Below are positions 48,301 to 61,749 of a DNA stretch of 64,000 nt, piece by piece. The first letter of the stretch is position 1; every line of letters starts with the position of its first letter. The position numbers and the translations under genes were made by a program. This DNA is from Strigamia acuminata (Eukaryota). The notes under the pieces were generated by a model. It did no database searches. It was not told where the DNA came from and was given only the letters and a program-made list of their open reading frames with translations. Location: NCBI GenBank assembly GCA_949358305.1, contig OX442314.1:2356001-2420000 (forward strand). The letters run 5' to 3'.

Positions 48301-48836
48301 CTTTTCTTCGAACAAAGAACTCCAGTTTCTGAAGTCGAGGAAATGCTCGGTGAAATGTATCATGCTCAGCGTAAAAAGCACAAGAGGCCTTGTATTCAGG
48401 TGCATAAGATTGATTTTTTTTGTGCGAAATGAAAAAAGGAAAATAAACTTTTCAATGTGAAATTTTTAGTTGCCGTTGGACAGTTTCCGACTGCTCAAGT
48501 ACGATGTTGCTTCTGCTGTCAAAGGTACGGAGAGGACAGTGCCGTGGCTCGTTGAAAAATACCAAGTTGTCGAGAACATGGTTATGGTACGGTTACTATA
48601 TCGACAGAAAAAATATATATTTAAATGGTTTTGATTGGCAGATGTTTATGAAAAGTAAACTTTTATTCTGCAATTTTAATTTCAATGGATACGGATTAGA
48701 TCAGCACAACTTTCTCAAAGAAATTAGTCGTTCTTTTGATTCGGCTAAAAAAGGAAACTATTTGCCGTCAGATTTTAAATTTGGGTCAAGTTTTGTATAT
48801 TCAGGAATTCAACAACCAACGCAAGACACCGATTGA
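45343..48836 (+). CDS. C3orf20-like FAM194-domain protein (multi-exon; 5' end uncertain)
   Basis: Spliced segments FTLSSKEYFNKGW, DCIY|YSSGQLALL...GYLPNGEIL|FRSTPEGG...LSENIAFRY (FAM194-like), CPLILR, CNCSGSEIPILSDIE, RPCIQ|LPLDSFRLLKYD, KLLFCNFNFNGYG...GNYLPSDFKF, matching my recollection of C3orf20 motifs. Confidence 0.7.
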
Positions 48837-48945
48837 AGTTTTAATTTGTAAACAAAAAATAAATGTCTGCAATAAAAAATCTAGGACGTTCGTTTTGTCG
48901 CGTCCTACTTGGTATAGGTTTAAATGCTAACGTGTAATACTTTAC

Positions 48946-49715
48946 CTGTGATCTGTTTAATGTAAATACCCAGAATGAATACCAAATGTATGTAAATGAA
49001 CAAATAGGTTTTATTCACTAGGCGTTATGCCTTAAAATACACTTAGTATAATACTAGGGTTGACTTGGTCAGAGTCGAACAAAGGGTTTCTCAAGATGGC
49101 GTTGTCGGTTTCGCGTGATCGGCGGAACAAAGGCGTTGTCTCGAGTTATCGTTAATTCGTCACGTATTCGTCGTTCACGGACGCGGTGGAATGCTTTTTC
49201 GAGTCTTCTATCCGTGCCTGTTGTCTAGGGGTTGGTTTTAGCGTCTCAAGGCTCTGACCAGAAACGTGGAGTTTCTTACAGGGCGCTCGGGCACTTCGGT
49301 GGCGGAATAACCGGGGGGCGGTTATTCGATGTGAATTCACAAGAGCTATTTTCCTGCTTTCGCGGGGAATAGCACTCAGGTAAATTCGTGAGAGTTACAG
49401 TTGCACTTGATTCAGCGGTCCTCAATCAATCCTAACTTATTCTTGAAGTTGGCCTGACGTTGAGGTAGTTGCTGTGTTCTTGGTGTCGTTTGTATAAATT
49501 CTGACTTTTGGCGGGAATTTCTCCCTTTTATGGGTCAGTGTGAAGGGCCGGCGCAGCCAATGGGGGCTTGCCACCCGACACCTCACTCCCCTCGGGGCAC
49601 ACACCTGCTCAGGGAGAGGCGGAGCCAACACGAGGGGAACGACCCGTCTATTGCAGTGAGTCAAAGGGCAAATATCCGCTTGGGGGGAAACATTTATCCC
49701 CTTTGCTCACCACAG
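48946..49715 (-). mobile_element. 770-bp solo-LTR-like insertion
   Basis: Ends CTGTG...CACAG flanked by the direct repeat TTTAC (48941-48945, 49716-49720); GC-richer than its flanks; AATAAA on the minus strand near 49010. Confidence 0.6.
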
Positions 49716-50216
49716 TTTACTATAATAAATATATTGGAAAAAATAATTTTCTGTGTTTTAATCTTCTCTGAAAATCCACATTAATCTTGATTCTCAGTTC
49801 TCCGTAAGGGAAAAGTTTCTCCAAATGTTTTTATCTTTCTGAATTTCACAAAAGTTATTTTGTGATGTATTCTGTGGTGGCCGGTGGTCACCAGAAAGGG
49901 TTGAAAATAAAAGTCATATTTTCCCCTGTCAGAAATGGTTCTCTTTTTAGTTTATTTCATCAGAAATGTTTCTGGAAGATTTAAGTTCATTTTTTGTAGA
50001 AATATAAAAAATAAAGAACACAGTGAAATGGGAGTTGCTATGGCAACCAAGCAGCAGCTTGGGGGTGGCAGAAAATGCTTCCTGCCAACCAGTAAGAAAT
50101 CAGGAAGAGCTGCGGCAAAAGAATTTGGCGGAGGCCGAAGCCGAAGCGAAAAATGTAGAAAAATGAGATTTATTACAGCAAAATGTACAGAAAAATATAT
50201 GTATAGGTTTAGTCGA

Positions 50217-52556
50217 TCACACTTTAGTCTCGTTTTGCTCGATTTGTTGTTTGGCTAAGAGCCGCCGCTCCATCTCGCGCAGAAGTCCCAAGCGATAACC
50301 TTCGTAGCTCATCACTATGTCTTCCAGTTCCTGTTTGTACAGTCGCTGCAACATGGCTTGAAACGACTCCAGTTCCGGCAATCTGAAGAGTTCCCACTAA
50401 AAAATAGATTTGGAGATTAAGTTTAATTTTTTTAAATTTGTATTATTATGCCCGAAAATTGAATTTTTTTTCCATTCAAATTACAAAATTCTGCTTTAGA
50501 AATGTATTTTTTAGACAAAAATTGCAATATTTTGTTTAAAATTTGTATTTTTTCAACCGAAACTGCAATATTCTACTTAAAAATTACATTTTCTGATCTG
50601 AAATTGCTTTTTTTTGGTCTAAAATTGAATTTTGTGTGTAAAATTGCATTTTTTTGTCTAAAATTGAATTTTTTTTGGTCTAAAATTGAATTTTTTTGGT
50701 CTAAAGTTGCATTTTTTGGTCTAAAAATGCACTTTTGGTCTAAAATTACATTTTTTTAAATCTAAAATTACATTTTATGGATCCAAAGTTGTACATCTTG
50801 GTCTAAAATTACAATTTTGAGATCTAAAACACAATTTGTAATCCAAAATTGCAATATTTTGTTTAAAAATTATATTTTTCCTTCTAAAATTGCATTTCCT
50901 GCATAACGCATTGCATTATTTCGAGTAAAAGCATACTTTGAGCTTGTGGTCGATTCCTTGGCGCGCTTTTGAATAAACCGTCAACCAATGCGGGATCTCC
51001 TCGTTGAGGTACGGATTCGGCGGCACCAACACGTTGGGTTGATGAAACTCCGTGTGCAACGGCGCCGGCCGTCTGTCGTGCTGCACGTACTGCGGGTACA
51101 ACGGCCGCTGCATGTACCGCGGCGCGCACGGATGCTCGTACTGCGATTGACGCGTGATGTGACTACAAAAGACACAAACAATTCAATTTCTCGTCCAATT
51201 CGACCATCAATTCAATCATTTCATCACTTGACGTAATAAATGCCGAAATCAGGATGCTCGACGCGCTCCCAGCCGGTCGGGAGTCCCTCCTTCTCCAACG
51301 GGTGGCTCCAATGCGTCGTTTTCGTGTTGTGGTCGATGAAGTATTTGCGTCCGCGCAACGTGTAGTCGACGGACCAGCCGGGCGGCAACGGCAATTCCTC
51401 CTCGCTCTCGGCGCTCGTGTACATTCGTTCGCGCTGCGCGTAGTGGCTGCGGATCTGTTGGTGGTACATGTGGATTTGATCGTTTTCGTCCAATTGGTAG
51501 AGGGGGTCGTGAGGAGGGTCGAATGTCTGCGAGTGCTCTTCGTTTTCATTCGGATAATAATCTGAAAATATTAATTCGATTCATCAAATTGTATTTTCCA
51601 ACATCATTATGTGAATTTTTCATTAAAAATTTCATTTTTCCAACATTAATGTGCTGTTTTTTCCATCTGAAATTACATTTTCCAACATAAATATACCAAC
51701 TTTTCGTTTTCCTGCATAAATATACGAATTTTTCACGAAAAATTGAATTTTCCAACAAAAATTCAGATTTTTAAACAAAAATTGCGTTTTCCAAAATCAA
51801 TGTGTGAATTTGTCACAGGAAATTGCAGTTTCCAGCATAAATATGCGAATTAATCAGAAAATTGCTTTATTTCCATCTGAAATTGCATTTTTTCATCTAA
51901 TATTGCATTTTTTTTCGTCTGAAATGACATTTTTTCGTCTGAAATGACATTTTTTCGTCTGAAATGACATTTTTTCGTCTGAAATGACATTTTTCCGTCT
52001 AAAACTGCATTTTTTTTCATCATTTTCAATGTAAATAAATAATTTTGAGTATAAAATTGCATTTTTTCCATCGTAAACTGCATCTCTTCCGCCGTAAATT
52101 GCATTACCGGGGTTGTATCGTTCTGCCGTGTACGGATTAGCAAAAGTGTCCTCATTCGTCAACTGTCGACGAGTTGCGAATCTACTCTTCCTTAAAAACC
52201 GATCAAATTTAAAGAATTAATTTCTCCCGTTGCATTTCGTACTATTTTATTCTGTTCACCGTGGTGTTCTCGGCTCGGATTTGGGCAAATTCGAGACCTG
52301 TTGCAGAGTTGCTTTTGTGTTTGCGTATTTTTGCGCGATGCTCGTCGGGTGAGTCGCCGCTTCCGTCCGATGATTGCGAACATTTTTATTCTCGTTCGAC
52401 CAAACGCTCAAACCTAAGCGAAAATAACAATTTAGATAAATTACGCACGGTAAAACATTCGTATTTACTTGGGATTTCGGGCGGCGTGTCTTTCTTCACG
52501 TATTTACCCGCAACTCCTTCGTTAATGCCCTTCGTGTCCTTCTTGCGAGACAACAT
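50217..52556 (-). CDS. sav: Salvador (Hippo pathway WW-SARAH scaffold)
   Basis: N-terminus MLSRKK...[11 protein letters not shown] domains [32 protein letters not shown] and [32 protein letters not shown] exon [35 protein letters not shown]; ends ETKV. Confidence 0.96.
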
Positions 52557-52816
52557 CGCTGACTCTCCCGAGCGACAACTGGCGACGGCAACGCCAACTA
52601 AACAGCAAATAAACTCAAATTCCTCTTTCTTTCAATAGAATAAACCGTTTCTCATTTTATTAGTAATTCTTTTCGATATATATCAATGGTACATTTTGAT
52701 TCTCTGTTCATTATACACTTTATACACATATTTTGGCTGCTGCTGTTCCGAATCGATAATCGATTCGCACATCCAAATTCACACGTGACTTTTCTTGCTT
52801 TCAGGCACATGAGAGT

Positions 52817-55800
52817 TCAATTGCGAACGGTGGGTTTGTCCCCGGCTCCCTAGCGACAAAATTCATCATTAATTTGTGTCTCAATTTTATTTTTATTTTT
52901 TCATACTTTTGCTTTGATCGTTTCGAGGACGTTTCGGATGTTTCTTATCACATTGGGTTGCACCGTTCGCTGAAGGACGGACTCAAATTGAGGTTGAAAT
53001 ATTAGCATATGAAATAACAAACGACCGTAATAACTGAAAGGAGGAGAAAAACGATAGATTAATGGAAATGTAGAGGAGTTTTGCAAGATTTGGCCAAATG
53101 TTTTCCTATTTGATGAGAAATTTTGACTGAAATTGGCAAATTTTAACGGATATTTGCTAATTATTTATAAAAATTGCCAAATTTTGACGGATACAGTATT
53201 TGCAAAATATTATAAAAATTGCACAATTTTGGCAGAAATTGGCAAATTTTGTTGTATTTTTGTAAGAAATTGGCAAATTTTGATGAATTTTCGCAAGAAA
53301 TTAGCAACTTTTAACCAAATAATTGCGAATTTTGGCAGAATTTAGCAAATTTAGATGCATTTTTGCAAATTTAGATGCATTTTTGCAAATTTAGATGCAT
53401 TTTTGCAAATTTAGATGCATTTTTGCAAATTTAGATGCATTTTTGCAAATTTAGATGCGGTTTTGCAAATTTAGATGCATTTTTGTACATTTAAATGCAT
53501 TTTTGCAAATTTTGATGAATTTTTGTAACAAATTGGCAAACTTTGATAAATTTTTGTAACAAATTGGCAAATTTTGATGAATTTTTGCAGGAAATTGGTA
53601 ACTTTTAACCAAATAATTGCGAATTTTGGCACAATTTAGCAAATTTAGATGCATTTTGCAAATTTAGATGCGGTTTTGCAAATTTAGATGCACTTTTGCA
53701 AATTTAGATGCGGTTTTGCAAATTTAGATGCACTTTTGCAAATTTAGATGCATTTTGCAAATTTAGATGCATTTTGCAAATTTAGATGCATTTTTGCAAA
53801 TTTAGATGCACTTTTGCAAATTTAGATGCGGTTTTGCAAATTTAGATGCACTTTTGCAAATTTAGATGCATTTTTGCAAATTTAGATGCACTTTTGCAAA
53901 TTTAGATGCGGTTTTGCAAATTTAGATGCACTTTTGCAAATTTAGATGCATTTTGCAAATTTAGATGCATTTTTGCAAATTTAGATGCACTTTTGCAAAT
54001 TTAGATGCGGTTTTGCAAATTTAGATGCACTTTTGCAAATTTAGATGCATTTTGCAAATTTAGATGCATTTTGCAAATTTAGATGCACTTTTGCAAATTT
54101 AGATGCATTTTTGCAAATTTAGATGCACTTTTGCAAATTTAGATGCGGTTTTGCAAATTTAGATGCACTTTTGCAAATTTAGATGCATTTTGCAAATTTA
54201 GATGCATTCTTGCAAATTTAGATGCACTTTTGCAAATTTAGATGCGGTTTTGCAAATTTAGATGCACTTTTGCAAATTTAGATGCATTTTGCAAATTTAG
54301 ATGCATTTTGCAAATTTAGATGCATTTTGCAAATTTAGATGCATTCTTGCAAATTTAGATGCAGTTTTGCAAATTTAGATTTTCTTCAAATTTGCGCCCA
54401 AAGCAAAGCAAATTTGTTTGCCTTGATTTCATATTTGACGACCGTACCGAGTAAACGGAGAAGAATCCGTCGCGAAGTGTGCTGCTGTGGGCAGAATTTT
54501 GTCAGTCAAATCCTTGGCACCCAGCAGTTTAGCCGGCCCCAGTTTGGCGGCAACCTCGGCCAACAATTGAGACGTCAGCTTGCGCACGCTGGCGTTCTTG
54601 TGACTGGCGCCGCCCTGAATAATCGCCGTGGCCGCTCGCTGTGGATTGATCCACTCCACCATGCTCATCAGAGCCTTCTCCACATCTTCCTGGATAAATT
54701 TGTTACTTTCACCCGACTTGTGCAACAAACCCTTACAAACATTATCTAAATCTTGCTGCAATAATACAAAAACAAAAATTAAAAACAAATTAATTTCATT
54801 TTCTCTCACTCACCGTTTCCATGTTCCTCTTTAATCCGCTAAACAGGTCGGCAAAACTCAAAATGGCCGCTCTAGACACGCTGGAACGAAGATTCCGCAC
54901 CTCCCTCAACACGACCACGGTCAAATTGTGCAAATCGCCCATTAATACTTCGGGGTGATGAAGTGCCAGACGCGACACCAGGACGGCACCTTCGCATTTC
55001 GTAGACCTAATATCACAATATTAAGTCTTGTGCTAATTAGTGTTTTCAAAATACTAGGCGCGTTCAAACTTCCACGGTTTTTACCATTTCTGTAAACGGA
55101 ATGGACGCACAAACAGCCAAAAACAATCAAACCAAATTCAAAATGGCCGCCTTCGATAGATCAGACTTTCAAGCGTCGTAGCCACTTTGAGTGGCCAAAA
55201 TGTGAGTAAAAGCTAAATTATGTTTAAATAAGAAAGCCACAACCACAATTCGTTGTTTAAATGAAAGGAAAGGAAAAAACGACGCAAAAAACGAAACACA
55301 TTCACTGTTAAGCACGTTTTCGTCTACTATTTTGGCATAAACCGAAGCTTTGAATGCACCTACTATCGTATTTTACCAAATAAGAGCCGCGGCTCGTGTA
55401 TAAAACGGGCACTCTGAGCCACGGCTCTTAATTGAAGGTGGCTCTTCCAATAAAATTTCACTTTTTCCATTGAAATTTCACTTTTATGGTTAAAATTTCA
55501 CTTTTTTCATTAAAATTTTACTTTTTTTAAAAAAAAATTACCATATTTTGATTGAAATTTCAATTTTTTCATTGAAATTTCACTTTTTTCCATTTGTATT
55601 TCACTTTTTTTCCAATAAAATTTTACTTTTTCCATTGAAATTTCACTTTTTCCATTGAAATTTCACTTTTTCCATTGAAATTTCACTTTTATGGTTAAAA
55701 TTTCATTTTTTTCATTAAATTTACAGTAAAATTTTAATTTTTTCATTAAAATTTCACTTTTTTTAAAAAAAATTTCTATCTACATAACCATCATCATCGA

Positions 55801-58800
55801 TGAATGTTTCATTAACCTCTAATAGTAGCCGCGGCTACTATTCGAGGGGGACTCTTAATCGGTAAAATACGGTATTTTATTTTTAAAAAATATTAATCAT
55901 TTTCACCATTCCGAACTGTTGAGGCAGTTGATGGCAGTACGAATTCCGTCTTCGGGATCGGCCAAGGGACTTCGGTCAGTGGCGGAAGCGGGCGTGCACG
56001 CTTGTTTCATTGACGAACTCACGCTATATTTCCTGCTGCCGGGTGACGATTTCATTTTCGACGAAGCAGCTTCAAATCAAATGAAAAATTTGCAAATTTC
56101 CAATTAATTTCCGACTTCTCTCGCGCTTACCGGATTTCTTGGGCGTCGTGATGATTTCCTCGACGTCTTCGTCGGTCGGCAGAACCAGATCGTCGATCAG
56201 GTGGTCGTTGAGGTCGTTGTTGTTGTTGATGTTTCTTTTCTGGTCGACGCGTTTCCGCTCGGCCTCGCGGTACAGTTGCTGCTTCTTAAAAAGGATGCGA
56301 TCGCGCGTCGTCTGCGACATCACGTGTGGATCTTCCTGAGAATTTTTATGGAATTGGTTAATTTGTTTGGTTTTTGTTTTGTTTTTGGTAATTTGCCTCG
56401 TCGTCGCTGGGAGTTGCGGGCGCGAAATCGCTGCTGAACTGATCCGGGCCCAATGATTTCGTGTCGGCGGCCGATTGGAGTCGCACGTCGGCGATCCCGA
56501 CCGGCGAATCGTGCGATGGAAGCGAGCTCTGTTTATTGGAATTAAAACTGGAGCGAGTCGACGCCAAACCGCCTGCAAATTCACATAAAATTCCCAAGAA
56601 TTAGTAAAAAATTAGTGAAAAATGAGTAAAAATTCGTATAAATTTCATCAAAATTCGTGTAAATTCGCATAAATTTCATCAAAATTCGTGTAAATTCGTA
56701 TAAATTTGATCACATTTTGTGTAAATTCGTATAAACTTCATCAAATTTCGTGTAATTCAAATATATTTCATCAAATTTCGTGTAAATTCAAATATATTTC
56801 ATCAAATTTCGTGTAAATTCAAATATATTATTTCATCAAATTTCATCAAATTTCGTGTAAATTTCGTAAAAATTCATATAAAACTCCTAAAAATTCATAT
56901 GAATTCACAAATATTTAAGAAAAAAATCGCACAGATTTCATAAAAATATCTTTAAAAAATCGGTAAAAAAAATCGTTAAAAATTGTCAAAAATCGCAACC
57001 ATTAAAAAAAACTTGATTCCAATTTAAAATGTAACAAAAAACCTAGTAAAGTAGTAAAATTTTGCAATATTTATTGTATTTTCTCATTAATTTTACTTTT
57101 GCCGTTCGGATTGATTTCATCTTCAAAACTGCTGTTGTTGTCATTGGTGCTGCTTGCGCTGGTCGAGCGCAGTTTGCTCAAGGAAGGCGAGCGCACCAGC
57201 ACCGGCTTGCTCTTAAACGGAACGTCATTCCCATAAGTAAACCTAGAACGGACACAATAAAAATCTCCATCAGTGCAACCCAAACCCCACAAATACTCAC
57301 TCGTCGTCGCGTAACGAAACGACGGGAGTCTGGAATCGTTTCGCGATAAAATTACCCATGCAAAACGTTAAACATCAACAAAACCAGAAACCATAGCGAC
57401 TGACCACAATGACGTCATCTCTCAAACTCACCTTTTGCTGCGACCGGAATTCGAATCGATCAGTATTTCATTCAGCGCCTGAAATCAAAATTGAGCAAAA
57501 TTGAGCAAAATCGAGCAAACTTGACCACAATCGAGTAATATTCAGCACAAACTATGCAAAACTCAGCAAAACTTTTCAAAACTCATCAACATTGACCACA
57601 ATTTTGCTAAATTGACCACAATTTTGCTAATTGATTGACCGCAATTTTGCTAATTGATTGACCGCAATTTTGCTAAATTGACCACAATTTTGCTAAATTG
57701 ACCACAATTTTGCTAAATTGACCACAATTTTGCTAAATTGACCACAATTTTGCTAAATTGACCACAATTTTGCTAAATTGACCACAATTTTGCTAAATTC
57801 TCCAAATTATTCCTAAATTGACCACAATTTTGCTAAATTGACCAAAATTTTGCTAATTGATTGACCGCAATTTTGCTAATTGATTGACCGCAATTTTGCT
57901 AAATTGACCACAATTTTGCTAAATTGACCACAATTTTGCTAAATTGACCACAATTTTGCTAAATTGACCACAATTTTGCTAAATTCACCAAAATTTTCCT
58001 AAATTCACCAAAATTTTCCTAAATTCACCAAAAGTTTCCTAAATCTGTCAAAATCTACAAAAATCTACAAAAATTTACCAAAAATCTACAAAAATTTACC
58101 AAAAATCTACAAAAATTTACCAAAAATCTACAAAAATTTACCAAAAATCTACAAAAATTTACCAAAAATCTACAAAATTTTACCAAAAATCTACAAAAAT
58201 TAAAACCTTTCAAAATGTCTCAAAATTTCACAAAATATCTACAAAATTCTAAAAATGTCTAAAAATTTCTAAAAATATGTAAAAATTTCTCAAAATTTCA
58301 AAAATAAAATAAAAAATAAAAAATATAAAATTTCAAAATCTCAAAATTTTAAATTTCTCAAAATTTCCATCAAATTAAAAAATATATATATTTATCAATT
58401 TTTTAAAAAACAAATTTACGGCATCGGCTCGTCGTGTCCAGTTGACATCCACCGTGTTCTGCGAGCTGCTACGCGAACTTGCCGAACTTGTCTTCTCCCC
58501 ATTCTCCTTCGCATCGGCATGTCCGATGGGCGGCACTTTCCGGTGTTTGTGCGCAGAACTAGTGCGAATAATAGTCGGTTTAGTCGGCACGGGCGCATCC
58601 TCATCAAACGAATTCCCTTCAAAAAGACAAAACCAAAAATGTTATTCATCATCCTAAACCGTCTCCTCCCCAGTCCGATGTCACTACCTTGGGCCCGGGA
58701 CCCGTGAATCGGGTCGAGGACTTTTCTGCGCCTGCGTGACGGGGGAGGAGCCGGAACGGGCGCGGGCGCTTGAATCGTCGTACTCGACATTTCGCTCGAC

Positions 58801-61346
58801 AGCGAATTCACGTCGCCGAGCGGCAAATTCCTAGACCGACGTCCGGTGCCGCGGTATTCGTCCTCCGTGCTCGGCAAGAGCGATTTAGGCTTATCGGGTA
58901 GTATGGCCACGTTGAATGAATTGTAAACTGAAATTAACGAGCCGATGCCGTGTTTAGACACAAATCGATCGCATCAATTATTCAAAAGCGGCCTAATTTG
59001 CACCTTTCTCTCCGTGTTTGTCGGATCTGCGGCGCAGTTTCTGCAAATACATCTGTTTCTGCATCGAACCTTCGGAGAAAAACAAAGAAAAATCGATGAG
59101 GAAGTGTTTTAGGTTTATTAAGAGGTCGTCGACCTCGATTAATGCGCAATTTCGGTTTTAAAAATCGATTTCCCGCTCAAGGTCGAGTGGAAATCGATTC
59201 TCCGTATGACAATGACGTGCGCTACCTTGGGCATCGTAATGAATTTGATTCAACGAAGTCTCCATTTCCGTTCTTCGTGTGTAATTATTGGCACTGATTG
59301 TCGATCGACCCACTTTGTGCGTTTCCGTCTGAAATAATGCAAATAAATAATAAATTATTCAAAAAAATATTTCAAAACACTCACCGTTGGACTCGTTTTG
59401 CCTTTAACGTACACGTTGTCGTCCGATAACGTTCGACCGCGCGCCGGCCGCTCTTTAACTTCGTCCCACGGCAACCGGGTTTTACCACGACCCGGACTAA
59501 CAATTCTTTAAAAACAAAAAAACGAATAATAAATTTCAAAATATTCAATTTAATTTAATCTTTACCTTCGAACCATCGGAGGACTATCTGGATATGAAGA
59601 TGTCTTGGAAGTGCCGCTACTCACGTCGCGATCGGTACTATTCGTCCTCGAGTTAGCCGAGCCGACCCACACCGATCCGCCGCCCGCCAAAATCCAATCC
59701 ACGTCCGCGCCGCGTGCGTTGAAAATCACCGGCTTGCGGCTAGCGGCAGGCGGCACGTGCACGCCGTACTCGAGCAACCCGTCCTGGTTAACCCTCGGCA
59801 GCATCTTCCTCGCCAAGCGCGCGTGAAGCGCCGCAACGATCGGCTGCGAACGGTGTTCCCGCTGCAGATTCTCGACGATCTCGACGAGCAGCGCCGAGCG
59901 CGTCGGCCCGAGCGCCTGCGCCAACGTGGCCATGCACTCGAGCACGCACTGCCGGATCTTGCGCTTCGAATCGAGCATCATGGGCGCCACGGCGCTGCAC
60001 AATGCCGCCATGTCGAACTCGTAGCTCGGGAAAGTGAGCAGCGCGGCCGTGATCAAATTGATGGTCTCCTCGCGCAACCGCGAGTTCTTATGTTGCAAAT
60101 TGCCCAACAGGATCGTCACGATCGGCATGGGCGACACGCACTGCATGAGCTGCATTAGCGCGCGGGTACACCCCGACCGTATCGGCAATTTAGCGTCGGC
60201 CAAATGCCGCGACAGCGAGTTCAACACCGGACTCAGGTGCGGCCGGATCCTATACTTGACTTTGTCGATGAAAAGCCTGTACATGTCGAGCGCGAGCGCC
60301 GCGATTTTGAAGTTGGCGTCGGCCGCGAGCCGGTTGAGCAGCGCCACGAAGTTGGGCAAATGCGGCACTACGAGCGCGACGTCGCCGAGGCCCGCGACGA
60401 TCACCCGCAGCTGCTCCACGCCGTGACATCGCACCTCCCAGTCCTCCTGTTCGTTCAGCTTGTTCCACAGCCCGATCGGGATGACCCCGAGCTCGCAGGC
60501 GCTCGTCGGGAACAAAAACGACACGTCGCCGTCCCGGTCGTCGTCGTCCGCCTCTGCTTCCTCGTCGTCGTCGCCTTCGTCCTCCACGTCGCCGTCGCCT
60601 TCCTCTTCGGCCTCCTCGCCGTCGTCCTCCTCGCTCGCGCTCGCCAGCCTCTCCGAGCGCAGTTCCTTAGCCATACGCGGGTGCAGCCGGTCCAAATACT
60701 GCTCGAATCGCGTCTTGCCGACCAGCTGGCGCACCTTCTGCAGCGCGAGGAGCGCCGCCTCCCGCCGCTCGGCCGTCGTGGCCTGCAGGATGTTGGCGAG
60801 CGCCTGCACGAGCACGAAGAAGTTGTGCCCGTCGAACTCGGACGTGAGGAGCATGGGCAGACAAAACATGGTGTACTCCTGCCCGCTCTGGTCGTCCGCG
60901 CACGAATTGACGAGCCCGTGCGCGACGACGGCGTCCAAAACGCGCTGGAGGTCGCCCGACTGCTTGGCGTAGGCGTGCAGGGTGTGCACGGTGGAGCGGC
61001 GCACGAGGATCTTGTCGTGGCCGAGGTTGCGCACTAAACGGACGAGCACTAGGTCGAGGCAGGCGTCGAGGTCGGCGCCGCAGAGACGGATGAGCTGGCC
61101 GATGAGCTGCGTGCACTCGTGGCGCACCTGCCAGGCGTCGTCGCCGAGGATGTGGTGCAGTTCCTTGAACAGCGTGAGTTTGTTCGGGAAGTGGATGAAG
61201 TCGCCGTTCTCGCGCACCGTGCTACGCAGGTAGGCTAGTAGTTCGCTGCGCCGGCTGGTTTTGCCGCTGCGCTTGGACGACGAGGACGACGAGGACGTCG
61301 ACATGTCGTCCAGGCTGGGCGCGTCAGACGTCGTCACTCCCGCCAT
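52817..61346 (-). CDS. TOGARAM1: TOG array regulator of axonemal microtubules (crescerin/CHE-12/FAM179-like)
   Basis: Large first exon 61346-59566 with two HEAT/TOG domains (EDWEVR...DANFKI, ITAALLTFPSYEFD, LHARLARKMLPRVNQDGLLEYG); low-complexity middle exons; C-terminal TOG (EVRNLRSSVSRAAI, LLHKSGESNKFIQED, GGASHKNASVR). Confidence 0.92.
53340..54380. repeat. ~1-kb intronic 19-20-bp minisatellite (gcaaatttagatgcattttt)
   Basis: Dozens of tandem copies with a few recurring variants. Confidence 0.97.
55056..55340. mobile_element. MITE-like dispersed repeat, related to 41535-41990
   Basis: Imperfect TIR aggcgcgttcaaa / tttgaatgcacct; shares caaattcaaaatggccg and actttcaag with the 41.6-kb copy. 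Confidence 0.6.
55366..55872. mobile_element. TA-flanked MITE with an internal A/T-tract array
   Basis: TIR tcgtattttacc...aagag / ctctt...ggtaaaatacgg; internal 21-22-bp units. Confidence 0.7.
57590..58200. repeat. Intronic 20-bp (ttgaccacaattttgctaaa) then 21-bp (aaaaatctacaaaaatttacc) minisatellites
   Basis: Tandem copies directly visible. Confidence 0.95.
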
Positions 61347-61749
61347 CGGTGCTCGTGGCTTCGGCTTCGGCTGATGTTTCGGCCTGGCCCGACAAAGGTT
61401 TAGACATGACTGCGGGTAATTACGCTGGCCTTGTACGAATTCCGTGCGCCGATTAGAACCGACGACACAATGGGGACGATCTGATGGACTCGCTGGCTGC
61501 ACGGAACATTTTTTTCTGACGAAATATGGACGGTTTATGAGCCGATCGATGGGTGAATTTTCCGGCGGAGAAGCCTACAGCCTCTCGCCGCCCATTGCCG
61601 CCGACAGAGGGCTCGAGCTGCTCACTTTTCAAAATGGCCACCGCGCGCATTCGACAATTAGAAAATTTTAGAAAATTTTAATTTTTAATTTTAATTTTAT
61701 TCAATAAAATATGATCGTATAAAAATACATTCATTTTTATTTTTATTTT

